From Podarcis gaigeae (lineage: Eukaryota), in the NCBI GenBank assembly GCA_964106915.2, contig OZ066916.1: 64,000 bases of DNA; one strand, 5' to 3'. The translations under genes were made by a program, and so were the position numbers. Of this stretch, positions 37,701 to 51,401 are shown piece by piece. Under the pieces are notes generated by a model. It did no database searches and was not told the DNA's origin. It saw nothing but the letters and a program-made list of their open reading frames with translations. The stretch's first letter is position 1, and every line of letters starts with the position of its first letter.

Positions 37701-40700
37701 TTTGTCCCCCCTGCCTGCCTTCCCGGTAGAGCGGAGAAACGCAGCGCTGCGTTTCTCCGCTCTCCCGGAAGGCAGGCAGGGGGGAGCAAAGACTTTTGCT
37801 CCCGCCCGCCTTCAGAAGAGGTCCAGGACCTCTTCTGAAGGCCGGTGGGGGGCGAAAGTCTTTGCTCCCCCCCCCCACCGCCTGCCTTCAAAAGCCATCC
37901 GGGATAGCGGGAAGCGCTTCCCTGCTTTCCCGGACTGCTTTTAAAATGCTGGCGGTGGGGAGCAAAGCCTTTCGGCCCCCGCCGGCCTTCCTGGACCTCT
38001 TCTGAAGGCCGGAGGGGGGGGGAAGGCTTTGCTCCCCACCGCTAGCATTTAAAAGAGGTCCCCGGAGATTTCCCTATGGGCTTTCTTCAATTCGTTTTGC
38101 GAAGCGCCTCCAAAACGGAAAACCCTTTCGTCTAGCGGGTTTTTCGTCTTGCGAGGCCTTCGTCTTGCGGGGCACCACTGTACAAAGCTAATTTTAGTAT
38201 TGCAGACAGAGTTCTTGTATCGCAGCACTGTGCAAATCAAGAGCAGGGGTTTCCCCTGCAACATTCTTGTTTTTCTTTTATAAACACCCTGATAAATGCC
38301 ACATTGTTACAGCTTGGGCTATGTTACCTTTTTCTTGTAGGCTTCCTACAGATATCCAAGCAGAGTCCATCCCGTTAATTTTAGGAGGTGGTGATGTACT
38401 TATGGTATGTATATTTGTAAACCCAGAAGCCGTTCTGACTTGTAAGCAGTATATAAATTAAAGTATAATAATATTGCCACAGTCTGTCTTATAGATAGTA
38501 TTGTTCCCTATGACCCTCATTATTTGTGCAGCACTATGATAATCATGCTTACTCAGAAGTAATGAGCACATGAAGAAGGAAGGTTGAAAGAAGACAGTAC
38601 ATAAAATCAAATCCCCTTTGAAATTACTACTCTTCATTCTGTATGTATGTGACACATTATGTCTTAGCTGCTACTCTTGATACCCACATAGAACAGACTG
38701 AATGTTTGCGTATTATTTTATTATTCAATAAATATGGGGGGGGGGGAGTTCTCCCAGTATTTTAATAACCCAAAGGGATTAAACTTGTGAGTTAATTGCT
38801 ATACATGTAACCATTGTATCTTAATTTTCTTATCAAATCTCATTTCTACACAGGCTGCAGAAACTGGGAGTGGAAAAACTGGTGTAAGTGAAATTTACAT
38901 TCTTAACTATAAAACAATTTTTGGATATACGTTCAGGTTGTGGACAGTTTTATCTTAAGTTTAAAGTACTTCATTAAATACCCATAGATTGTGAAAGTTT
39001 TGTTAGCATGCTGACATAGAGTACTCAGAAACTGAACACTTGTTTTTCCTTTGTTTAATCATAAGCACTTTGAAACCAGAGTCTAGAAGAAAACAATTGG
39101 TTCAGATTGTATAATTTAAATAAGCAACTTCATATTTCAGGCATTCAGCATCCCAGTTATTCAGATTGTTTATGAAACTCTTAAGGACCAACAGGAAGGC
39201 AAAAAAGGAAAAACCACTATAAAAACTGGTGGAGGAGGTAAGCCTTTTTCTAAAACATTCACTGTCCCAATACCTGAAACCTGATGCAAGTTGAATTTTA
39301 CAAACATCGTTTGCTTGTATATTTGAAACTGTGCCAATGGCAGGCAAGTTGAATGCAGAATCTACAAAAATAGCTGTATTATCCTATCTACATGTAATTC
39401 GGCTAATTATCAATGTTGGAAACTTCTGCTATATTCTTTCCCTGTTTTGGCTTCATGTGATAGTCACTCTAACTGAGTGAATAACTGGCAACTTTAATTC
39501 TAAATACAAAAAAATCAATAAATTTAATTGAAATCAGTGGAATTAAAATTATTAATTGATCTCACAATTTTATTTCCATTGTGATATCAGTAATATCTGT
39601 GTAGTATGTAAATCCCAATGGTTTGAATCTAGGGATGTTTTATATGAAGACACCTGCCAAACATGCTATAATTGTGGTGCTTCATAGTACTGTATGGTAT
39701 AGCTGTTTTTTCTTCTTCTTCTCAACAGTGCTCAACAAATGGCAAATGAATCCATATGACAGAGGGTCTGCTTTTGGTAAGTTTGATACTAACGTTTCTA
39801 GCATTGAAATGGTAACTAGCTGAAAATCAAGCCCAAAATTTATGTACGTTTCACCACTATGGCTTGGGTCTGAGGTAACATGATCCGAAAATCCTGTTTG
39901 ACTTTCTGATCTTTAGAGGAATGACAGCACATATAACCAAAATAAATTTTCCCCATTGATGTCACTAGAGAAACTCAACTATTGTTTATTATTATTATTT
40001 GAATTCCAACAGTATGTATAAGCATAGCAGATTGGACATGGGGTACATATTCCTACAGGTCTTAGCACTTACACAAAAAAGAGGAAATCTTCATGTAATA
40101 TGAAGATGCCATTGCAGATTTTAAAACCGTTCAAAGATCATGAGAGGGTGATAGGTTGAGTCTTTGGAGTTGTAATTTGCTTAATGTCTACAAAATGTTA
40201 CCATGTGAGTTGTTTGAAGCGGGTTGAAAGTGGGTGTAGTAGTAGTTGCTGTTTTTAAACTTGTTTGCTGTAGTTTTAACTTCTGAGCTACTTTCAGTGG
40301 AATCAAAACATTTGATAGGACAGCTTTGAAGGATGTATTTGATTCTTGTCAGATGATGCTTTAACTTTGTCAACCCAAGGACATAATTACACATATCCAT
40401 AGCTTCATTGTTGTTCTTAAGAGAGTTTGTGCACAGATATTTTTTGCAAGGTTTGCTGTCTTTACATAAAGCTGGTATTTTGTATCTGCGACTGTAAGAG
40501 GTCTTTGGGGTTTTCAGATGTTTCCTTTCTGTTGTTCAGCTATTGGGTCTGATGGTCTGTGCTGCCAAAGCAGGGAGATAAAGGAATGGCATGGATGCCG
40601 ATCAACAAAAGGCGTGACTAAAGGTACTAAAACTACATCAGTGGTTGTGTGCATATGTAATAAAGTTCGTTTTTGAAATAAGAATGCCCCGAATAAACAT

Positions 40701-41421
40701 TTGCTTTGTCTGCCTTCAGAATACTGACTACAGATTTAGACAAACAGGCATTTTTACATGGTAGCCAACATCACCCAGTTGGCTAGTTGATTTTGGGAAT
40801 AAAATAACTTTTTGTTTGTGCCAGTTGAAATGGTTCTTTTTAATATTAAGTCAAATATGTCTCTTCTTTATCGAAAAGTTAGCGAAGCTGAAATTGGTTA
40901 CATGTAAATGTTTCTAAAATGTTCTAGGGAAATATTATTATGAAGTATCCTGTCGTGACCAGGGTTTATGCAGAGTCGGGTGGTCTTCTATGCAAGCGTC
41001 ATTAGATTTGGGTGAGTATTTACATAAGGAACTAGGCTGAAATCTAGGTTACCTGCTAGCAGTCACTGATTCTTCTTGCTCGTTAAGGGCATCCCTTCTT
41101 ATTGCAACGAAATAAGTACAATGCTGGGGTGGGGGATTCTCTGCTCAGGCTTAGAAATCAGGCTAAAGGACATAAGATTTCATTTTAAAAGTATGGTTCT
41201 GTTCCTTCCATGAAATAATCTAAAACTGATCATCTGCAGAACTGCACCAAATTTTGACATTCAAATATTTAGGGGACACAGAATATGCTTTCCTATGCAG
41301 GCATACTACCTTAATTATTTATGTTTGTTTTTAAGTTTGTAATCATTCATCTTGTTTTTATTATTGCTTGTAAGCCGCTCTGAGCCCGGCCTTGGCTGGG
41401 GAGGGCGGGGTATAAATAAAA

Positions 41422-41452
<31 letters not shown>

Positions 41453-44400
41453 TTATTATTATTATTATTAATTATTATATTGCCTGCCATTTTTGCAGAT
41501 CTGATATGTGGTTGCTTTAGTACCATTCTCAGCCTTTGTTTTACTTACGTGACCATCTGATCAGGGATCAGTAATAACTGTGGCAACATCACAGCAACTT
41601 CAGTCAGATTTTAATACCTGATCTAACAGAGTAAGCAAAGCCTGCTCATCGTTCTTAGGCTGAATTGCAACTTTTCTTGTCTCCCAGCACTTCACAGCAA
41701 GTTTTTTTGTTTTTTTTTGCTTTGCATTACTTATGCATCACTAGTTGTGGCAGAATGTGGGTGTGCAGCCCCATCCACACTCTTCTGCAAGTAATCAACT
41801 GTGTAGCACTGGATCAGGTGAGAGACTGGCAGCCTTGTTGCCCTTTCGCCAGGGATCTGTTCTTCACTTCTCCCAGCAGAAGAGGTGCAGAATGTTACTG
41901 GGGAAAGAGGTTGCTTTTATGGAGGGTTCAGAAACCTCCCCCAATTTCAGTGTGATGCTAATCAGTAGTGCACAGTTTAAAGAAATTTTTCTGTCCTTTT
42001 CTCAAAGGAGTTTTTTTAAAGAGGAAAGCAAATTTCTAGTGTGACAGCAATCCAAAAAGTATATGGTCTGCTGCCTTATAGCATGATCGCTACTGTGCTA
42101 TGAACCCTTAAAAAAAATTATTTTACCGTACTTTTCGCTCAATTGGACACAGTTTTTTCCCTTCAAAAACTGAGGGGAAATGTGTGTGCGTCCTATGGAG
42201 CGAATGCAGGCTTGTGCCATAGTCGCGCGAAACCCCTCCGGCAGGGAAAGGCTGCACGGGGCTATGGCTTCTTTAGCTCCACACAGCCTCTCCTGGCAGG
42301 GAGATATTGCGTGGGGCTAAAGAGGAAGCCAAGGCAGCGAGTGGGATGGATTTTTTTTATTGATTTCCCCGTCTAAAAACTAGGTGTGCCCTATGGTCCG
42401 GTGCGCCCTATGGTGCGAAAAATACGGTATTTTTTTTGCTTATCTTCCAAAAGTATAGTTAGGAGATAGTGGAGAACTGTTTGATTCTAATATTTAAAAA
42501 ATATTTTATATTGTTTTATGATTTGTTGTTGTTATTATTATTATTAGGTACTGACAAGTTTGGCTTTGGCTATGGTGGAACTGGAAAGAAATCTCATAAC
42601 AAACAGTTTGATAGTTATGGGGAGGTATGTTTTTCTTTTTCCATTTTACCAAAGAATAGAATGATTAAATGTTGTAGTGAACCGACAATGAAATACATAA
42701 ATGTAGGTTAAAGTCATGTAGCTCTCAAAAGGAGGAAAGAACAAATGCTTTTAACAGAAATGTGCATGGTGATGTTTGGTTCGATGAGCATTAATTTTCT
42801 GTGGAGTATAAATGTTGGACGTAAGCTAACTTGGACTGGTATATGGGCATGCGGTAGTCATGGGAATAGCCTACCCATTGTAATTGTTAGCGACAACACC
42901 CTGAGTTGGGTTGGTTGTATGCGTTCAGTTCTGACATTCCAGTGGAAATGTTGCATTTGGAGTGTTTGCAGTGGTATGCTGAAATAGAAATCCTTGGTTC
43001 ATTGGAGAAGCCACTAAGTAACAGCTGCAGCAGTGAGACTTTTCTGGTGGCTACCAGTTGCCCAAATATTCGTGTATGGTTTTGTTTCCCCTGAAAGTCC
43101 ATAATTCCCAACTAATTTACACAAACTATCTATCTAGAGATCTGCAGAAGTTGCATTATCCATTTTAAACCTCCTCCACAGTGTGGGTTGGAAGCTGGCG
43201 GGTACTGGTATTCTGCAAGTTTATTTTACATCTCCAACAAAATTCAGTATTGATAATTAGAGATACTTTATTTCACTTTATATCCACCTTCTAAAATGAT
43301 AAGGTGGCCAACAATAATTAAAACAAGCATGCCTGAGGATGGAACTAGTAGCTTTAATGGCAGTAGCAGTTCTGTCTTCATTACAAGATAACTGATAAAA
43401 TTTGTTCTATTGAGTTGATTTTTTAATATTTATGTATAATACTTTTGTGTGATCCATAACTCTTTACAAAAGGCTTGGATCCAGTGAAGTGCTGTTGGAA
43501 GGGAGTTGGTGGAAGGAGACTTTCCTGTCCATCTTACCCAGGAGCACACCCCCCCCCCAAAAAACAAAAACACTTCTCCTGAGAACTGGGGGACCATCCT
43601 GAATGGGATGAGCTGTGGTGATGCAGAATGAGGACTGCTGAAAATAGGGCAGAGGCACCTTCAGTGCGCAGAGGGGAGCTCCTGCTCACAGAATGTGCTT
43701 GCACTCAATTTTCAGTGATCTTCACCTCTTCTGGGCACAGCCTTCCTTTTCAGGATATACTTACAGGAAGGAAGCTGGCCGAGGGACCAGAAGCAGGAAA
43801 ATCTCTTACCAATGCACTCCTGCACTTTCCAGTATCCAAGCCAAAACTATTTAAGCCATTGTGATAAGTAATGTGCTCCATACAACTGCTGATGCTTTAT
43901 ATTCCTGTAAAACAAACTACTTTCAATCAACCTCCTTAATTTTATTATCATTATTATTTCTTTTGGTAGGAATTCACTATGCATGACACAATAGGCTGTT
44001 ATGTAGATGTCGATAAAGGGCAAATCATGTTCTCCAAAAATGGTAAGCGGTCTACTTCCCTCCCCCCATTTAAGTAATGGGTTAAATTCATAAAAAAACA
44101 GTCAACATAATGCTTTATTTCCCCCCAGGCAAGGACCTTGGACTTGCGTTTGAAATCCCACAGCACTTAAAGAACCAAGCACTCTTTGCAGCCTGTGTCC
44201 TCAAGGTAATTTCTGACTTTCTCCAAAGCACACGAGACTCATTCTAACCAATTAAAAAAAGATGCATACTCTGCTTCTATCATGCTGGACCCTCCTTCCA
44301 TTTTACCAAGCGTTGCTTGTGGAACTTCAAGAAGTTCCATGTAGCACAATGAGAAAGGTGCTGCTGGAAAGTTCGGGTCCTAAGCTTCCATGGAACTAGT

Positions 44401-47400
44401 GACAGGGCTTGAAAAATACCTTTCTATTTCAAGTGTTTAAAGATGAAACCTGCCTTACTGATGCTCTAAACAGGTGAACCGCTTCTCCTTAAAGGACTAG
44501 TTTTAACACCTGACCTCTAACTTGCAGCAAACATCACGTGACTTTTCTATAAACTCCCTTTGACAATCTTTACGCAAGCTTTTATGCTGTGTGTATTCTT
44601 TTAGAACGCTGAATTGAAATTCAACTTCGGCGAAGAAGACTTTAAATTTCCACCCAAAGATGGCTTCGTTGCTCTTGATAAGGCTTCCGAGGGTAACTCT
44701 GTGAAATCCCAGCATGCAGGTACGCTCGGGGGATGCTCAGGTGTAGGAGCCGCCATAAAAAAATGTCCTATCACATAAAGTCAAAAGCTAAAAAATATGT
44801 GTCCAGTCGTCAACTCAGTACTAAGGGAACCTTCTCAACATTTCCTATTTCAGGAAGTGCACAAGTAGCCCAAACAAAGAATCAGCCGAATGCTCCCAAA
44901 GCCTTGATTGTGGAGCCTTCCAGGGAACTGGCAGAGCAAACTCTGAACAACGTGAAACAATTCAAAAAATATGTGGATAATCCTAAATTAAGGTACAATG
45001 AAATTGGGACAGGGGGAGTCATAGGGTGCCGCTGAAATCCCCATGATTCCATACACAATCATGCTCTTCTCTCACTCTGGTTGGATAAGATGATTTCACA
45101 GCACGAGATGTAATCTAATGTATGTTGCTTTCAGGGAACTCCTAATTATTGGTGGAGTTGCTGCAAGAGAACAACTTTCCGTGTTGGAGCAAGGGGTAAG
45201 TTTTAATTGCTCTTAGTTTGCGTTATATCTACAAACGTATCTATCTCTTTAAAAAAAGAAAAGGTGCACAGATGAATTCTAGTGAGTGTGTATTTTTTTA
45301 AAAAAAGTATGACCCCCTTGCCTTTCCATTTCACAATGTCTATGGAAACACAAAAGCTAGTATTTTGGTATTATTTTAAATAGTGGATTGTTTATTGTAG
45401 TGGAAAGTACTTTGTGACTGTGTGTAGTGCAAAGCAGTGTATAATTTTTGGGAATAAATAAAAGCAACATAAAACTGCATTAAAGCAGTTAAGAGTCTGG
45501 AAGGCAGATGAGGAGCAATATAGCTGTTGGTTGAGAAATCAGTAGTTTAGCTGATGGTGGCTTTTTAAGTATGAACGAGATAGAGTTGTAAAGCACTATG
45601 TACAGTTAATGCCTCTCTTGCAATATTTGTATAGACCTTTAAAAAGACCATTAAAGTTTTATCAAAGCAATAATTTCTGTGTGTACACAGTGTGTTTCAG
45701 ACATAATCTAAAATGCTTGAAAGAGAAATATTTCCTTAGGCTACATTCCAAGTGTTAGTGTTTTCATATTATTTTGGCATGGACACAGTATACTATTGCA
45801 CTATTTACATTTTACAGGTAGACATAGTTGTGGGAACTCCTGGAAGACTAGACGATCTCGTGTCAACCGGAAAACTGACTTTATCGCAAGTTAGGTTCCT
45901 GGTTCTTGATGAGGCTGTAAGTGTATAGAACATCTTTTTTGAATAGCATATTTTAAAAAGTTATATACAGCATGCACTGATGAATTACCCCTTTTTCTGG
46001 GAGCCTTCTCCTACCAAAATATGTGAGGCTTGTTGGACCTTCCAGGGAACAGCAGTGTTGAGGAATTGTTGAAAATTCCTTCCGAGACATAAGGGAAGAG
46101 ACATCAGTTGGATGCCAACCCTCAGCTTGGGACTCTGGTCTATGTGAGTTATTGGCAAATGCAGGGGGCAGACAAGCACTTCAGAGTTGGGACCCTGCGT
46201 GTCCTTGCAAGATCCTGTGACTCTTAATAGCCTAGTGTGCGTCCAACTACCATTGGTTTTCTGAGCCCCTTCTAATCTGACTCTCAAAATAAAAAAAAAT
46301 TCCCTCCAGTAGACCTTAGAGACCAACTAAGTTTGTTATTGGTATGAGCTTTTGTGTGCATGCAGACTTCTTCAGATACCTTGGTGTGCATGTACACTTC
46401 TTCAGATTCTTGGTATCTGAAGAAGTGTGCATGCACACAAAAGCTCATACCAATAACAAACTTAGTTGGTCTTTAAGGTGCTACTGGAAGGAATTTTTTT
46501 ATTTTGTTTCGACTACAGCAGACCAACACGACTGCCTACCTGTAACTGACTCTCAAAGTGAGTGCAGAACAAATAAGAGAATTGCAACTGGTCAGCGGAT
46601 GACTTCCATCTGCCCCTGTTCACATTTTCATCTGTCAAAATACCTTCATAGCTTCTTCCAACCAGAGGAGGAGTTGGTGGGTTTAGCGAACCCCTGTAAT
46701 TAGTCAGGAGGACTGTTCGTTGAATAGTTGGATCTACTACATACTTTTATTTCAGCTTTAAAACACATGGGTAAAATACCTTATTGAGACTGTGTAATAC
46801 TCTTTTTGTACAGGATGGCCTTCTCAGCCAGGGGTATTCTGATTTCATAAACAGAATTCATTCTCAGATTCCTCAGATAACTTCAGACGGGAAGAGGCTG
46901 CAGGTAAGAGGTTCGCTTTAAGTTTTCCTAGTTGACCTTTCCCCAAAACTTAGCATAGCTGTTGTATGTACCAAATGTTGTTCGCTCAAGCTTCATCATC
47001 TCTAAGGAAACCTAATAACTGTGCACAACGTTTTCTGAGCCACTGTGAACTAGGAACTTGCACAATTTAGTTTCTATTGCTCTAGCTGAAATAATATATT
47101 TCATAATAAAATAGTGTGGGGGTAAACAAAAACTGAGAACACTTCCAAGTGTCTACTCAAATTGATGGTGTCCTCAGGTTCCTGCTGTTTGGCATGAAAA
47201 GCGAAAGCAAGGAAAGTAACACTAGCAAGAAATTGATCCATATTTCTGGAGGAAAAGAGGATTGTTGAGAAGCCTTGCTGGCTTCTTCCTTCTCTCTTCT
47301 TTTCTTTCTGTCTCATACTCGTGCACCACAAGGCTAACCTTTATGGATGGAAGACTTTACACACAGAGTATGCAATAACAAGATTTTGCATTTACTCACT

Positions 47401-50352
47401 TATTTGTCTGCATTTCAGTGGAGCATAATGCATCAATGTCCCAGTGTTGTGCTTAAGCATCCATGTACCTTACAATGACTTGCCTAGGCATTCTGCCAAA
47501 TGCCTCAGTTCTTAATGTGAAGATTTCCCATACATCACTCCCAGTGCACCAGATATAAATGGCTGAGCAGCTGATGCTTCTGCCAGTACTTGTCTTGACT
47601 AAAAGAGGTTTATTTTGTAAATTTTACAGATTGACAGAAGTCAAGAACTGTAATCGCAAAGGGGCTTGTGACATGTGCAAGCAACAGTAAAGGTCTTTAC
47701 CCTTTTCATCTCTGCTTGTTTGTTGTTGTTTTTAGGTGATTGTGTGTTCTGCAACTCTGCATTCATTTGATGTGAAGAAATTATCTGAAAAGATCATGCA
47801 CTTCCCCACTTGGGTAGATCTGAAAGGAGAGGATTCTGTCCCGGATACAGTGCACCATGTTGTTGTCCCTGTAAATCCCAAAAATGACAAATACTGGGAA
47901 AAGATTGGTAAAAATCACATCAGGGTAAGTAGTACAAAATATATTGGAATAGACAGAATTTTTAAAATTCCATATTATAGTTTCAAGATGCACACAAACA
48001 TTTAAGTTGGAATTGTGGAATAAAGGACAAACGAAATGGGATTCCATAACTCAGATTATGAATGTTAAGAACATTGTTGTGAAATGCCTGTTTCAGCTTC
48101 AGTTCAGGAACTCAAAACTCCTTGGACATACTGTAGGATGTGTGGTGGGCCTTACAACCTTTTTATTTTACTGTAATAATGTCCTATTTCCTTACTGAGG
48201 TTGGGAGGTTTGGTGTGGACTCCTCTCACATCCAAATCTCCCTGTGGCTGATTGACATCCGATCCTCAAATAAAATGTGTTGGAGGGGATTATTGGGTTG
48301 TTCTTGTTGTTATTACGTATTTTGTGTCGTCGTTTTTTGTTGTGCACAGCTCTGAGACCTGGATGTCTGTGTTTGGCTGCATCATTTCAATCTCAACCTT
48401 AAGATTGGGCTACAAAGCCATGTGGCTGCAGATAACTGTTTTTTAAGGATTACTAAACAATGAAATATAAATGACTGTGTGCTTTCTTGCAGCCCTGCAT
48501 TCTTTTGCATTAGCTCTGAATGCCTTTGGTCACTTCTAACATTTCAAATTTTACTTTTCAGACTGATGAGGTGCATGCAAAGGACAATACAAGACCTGGT
48601 ACTAATTCTGCAGGTAACCAGTCATTTGGTACACACATAGCTCAGTTGGTTAGAGCGTGATGCTGATAACACCAAGGTTGCAGGTTCAATCCCCATAAGG
48701 GAAAGCTGCATATTCCTGCTTTGCATGGGGTTGAACTAGATGATCATCAGGGTCCCTTCCAACTCTGATGCTTTTGTATTTGTAGAAGCCAATGGCTTTA
48801 GCAAAGTTCTTCAGTAAAGGAGAAGCCGCATGAATCAATAAAGCAACATCACTTTACTTCAGTACTAAGATCTTGTTACAGTTAACCAAAGCAGGGGGCT
48901 AAATCTTTGCATAGTAAAATTTAAAAAAAATTCCCACAAGATAAGACTCACCAAATGGAAAATGTTAATACCTTTTAACTAGCATTTCTTAATTAAGATT
49001 TAGAACATAGTTGAAATCTATGGCTATCATTCTAGAAGGATGAGTTGCCTCAATTCAATGTTGTACATGGTGGCAGAATAAACTGTCATTTTTCAGTGTA
49101 CGCATGCTTAATACACTGTGTAGGAATAATTTATCTTCTTCTTTAGAAATGTGGTCAGAAGCAATTAAGATCTTAAAAGGAGAATACACTGTCCGTGCCA
49201 TTAAGGAACACAAGATGGATCAAGCAATAATCTTCTGCAGAACCAAGATAGATTGTGATAACATGGAGCAATACTTCATGCAGCAAGGAGGAGGTAGTAA
49301 TTTCATGCCTGTTAGGCTTCATTTTGTCTATTTGCAAGGTGATACCAGTTTGCAGATCTTTCCTCCAGGTTTGATTGATTGGTTCCAAATGGTAGTTTTT
49401 CATCCTGGATATTTTCCATAATGGTTAGATTTCCTCCTGCTTCTGCTGTGTACATGTAACACCTTCTCAAAGAACTAGAGGTGGTGGTATAGCTCAGTTA
49501 CAGCCCTGTAAAAAAATCTCCCTCACAGCAATGAACTACCCTGAAGATACTTTTTTAAAGTTTTCCTTAATTAAACTAACTTGCCCAGAAAATCTTCATA
49601 TGTGGTTACTCTCCTCTGTTAATTTGCATGGCAGTGGAGGAAGTCTGCAATTAGAATTGTTGCATGTTCCTTTGGATGGCCGCTTAGTTTGGTCAGCTAT
49701 TTATAAATTTGTTCAGTTTCCTATTTTCTGTTTTTCTATTTTATTTCATATTGCCCACTTCACCCAACACAGTGTGCCAAACTTTGACTTGCAGATGCGC
49801 TGCCTTTCTGATCCTTTTTGCTGCCAAGTTTGGCTTAGTGTGTCATGCAAACCATCATGAAAACTGCCATCTAATACAAAGGTTGCATAAAGATTTTTTT
49901 TTTTAAAGACTAAAACAAAGAAAGAAATTCCACCTTTCCCCCAGTGCAAGCTGTCTGTTTTAAATCTGGTGCCACATCACGTTTGCTTTAAGATAAAGCT
50001 CTCTTTCATACTTCTTCATAACTAGCATAACTAACAATGAGAGTCCTAATATACTGCTTTTGTTTGGTTTTAAGGTCCAGATAGAAAAGGACATCAGTTC
50101 TCATGTGTCTGCCTGCATGGTGACAGAAAGCCTCATGAAAGAAAACAGAATTTGGAGCGCTTTAAGGTAATGGTTAGGCCTGTGATGTTGAATAGGCTAA
50201 CCCAATAAAGCATTATTTGTTCAAGGGGGGGATTTTAAATGGTGAGACTATGAGATACAGCTTTTTATTAGGGAAAAGTAAGGAAAGATATCCTTCTAAG
50301 CACAAATAGTAGTTGTGTTTCTTCCTATTAAATTGTATCTTGAGCTTCTTTC

Positions 50353-50388
<36 letters not shown>

Positions 50389-51344
50389 TCTTTTAAAATG
50401 GCATCTATATTTAAAGGTTATTTAATATGCCATTCATTTGGTAAAAAGGAAGTAATCAGCTAGAAGAAGGGTGAACAGGTCTAGTAATTACATGTAACCT
50501 TAGATCATTTATTATTTATTTATTTTATATAGCAGTATAAACAATACAGTCATCGTAACTGGGTAAATACGAAAATCTCAATAATGCATGGTTCGTTCAT
50601 TCTTAGTTCGTTTAGCTTCAGAGCTAATGAAAAGAGAGCAAAAACAGACAGCAAATGATACAAATCAGTCATCATTATTGGGAAAACCAAAAATCAATAA
50701 TCATGCATAATTAGTTCTGGGGAACTTAAAGAAAAGAGGGAGCCAAAAACAGAGACAGGAGATGTAAAGATAAAGATAAAGGAAGAGGAGAGAACAAATA
50801 GATTACTGTTCAAATTGTTCCTAGGATTACATGTGGCTGAACTGTTACCTAAGATTTTATACCTTATTTTTCTTTTCCTCTTTCCCTTTTGGTAAAACTG
50901 CAGCAGAGTTTTGGCCTTCATTAAAAACCCATATGCACTGACACATCTACTCAATAATACTAGTATACTTTACAATCAGTGCAGACAGTGAAGCTCCATT
51001 GAATCCTAAGCAGTGAGCCTGAAGCATCTGTGTATTATCTACCAAGACTACTGTGGTTGGTCTGAGCAGTCACCATAACTTCTGTTCAGGAACTGCAAAC
51101 CCACAGGGGCCCATATTGCTCCCATATCTGGTCATAGTCCGGTGGCAGCTTCTGTAGTAGGCTAAACATTAGGATTCCTGGTACAAAAAGATAAGGACAG
51201 TGTTGTCAGTAGTGTGGTTTGGGGAGAGTGGGTTATATTTTATGATTCCATGAGCAGAACTCTACACAGGGAAAGGATGGTCCTGGTACTGTCAATAGGA
51301 GGAAATTTTTACTTATTTTCACTAGTTTGCCATCTCTGGAAGTG

Positions 51345-51401
<57 letters not shown>

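Noticed and set aside
36940-38005. Cluster of overlapping 60-170 aa ORFs on both strands
   Set aside because: Translations of a GC-rich palindromic minisatellite inside a MITE; repetitive peptides with no domain motifs
48638-48705. Apparent tRNA-Ile gene (also ~7950-8012 minus)
   Set aside because: No acceptor stem and continues into a CR1-like tail, so it is a SINE head
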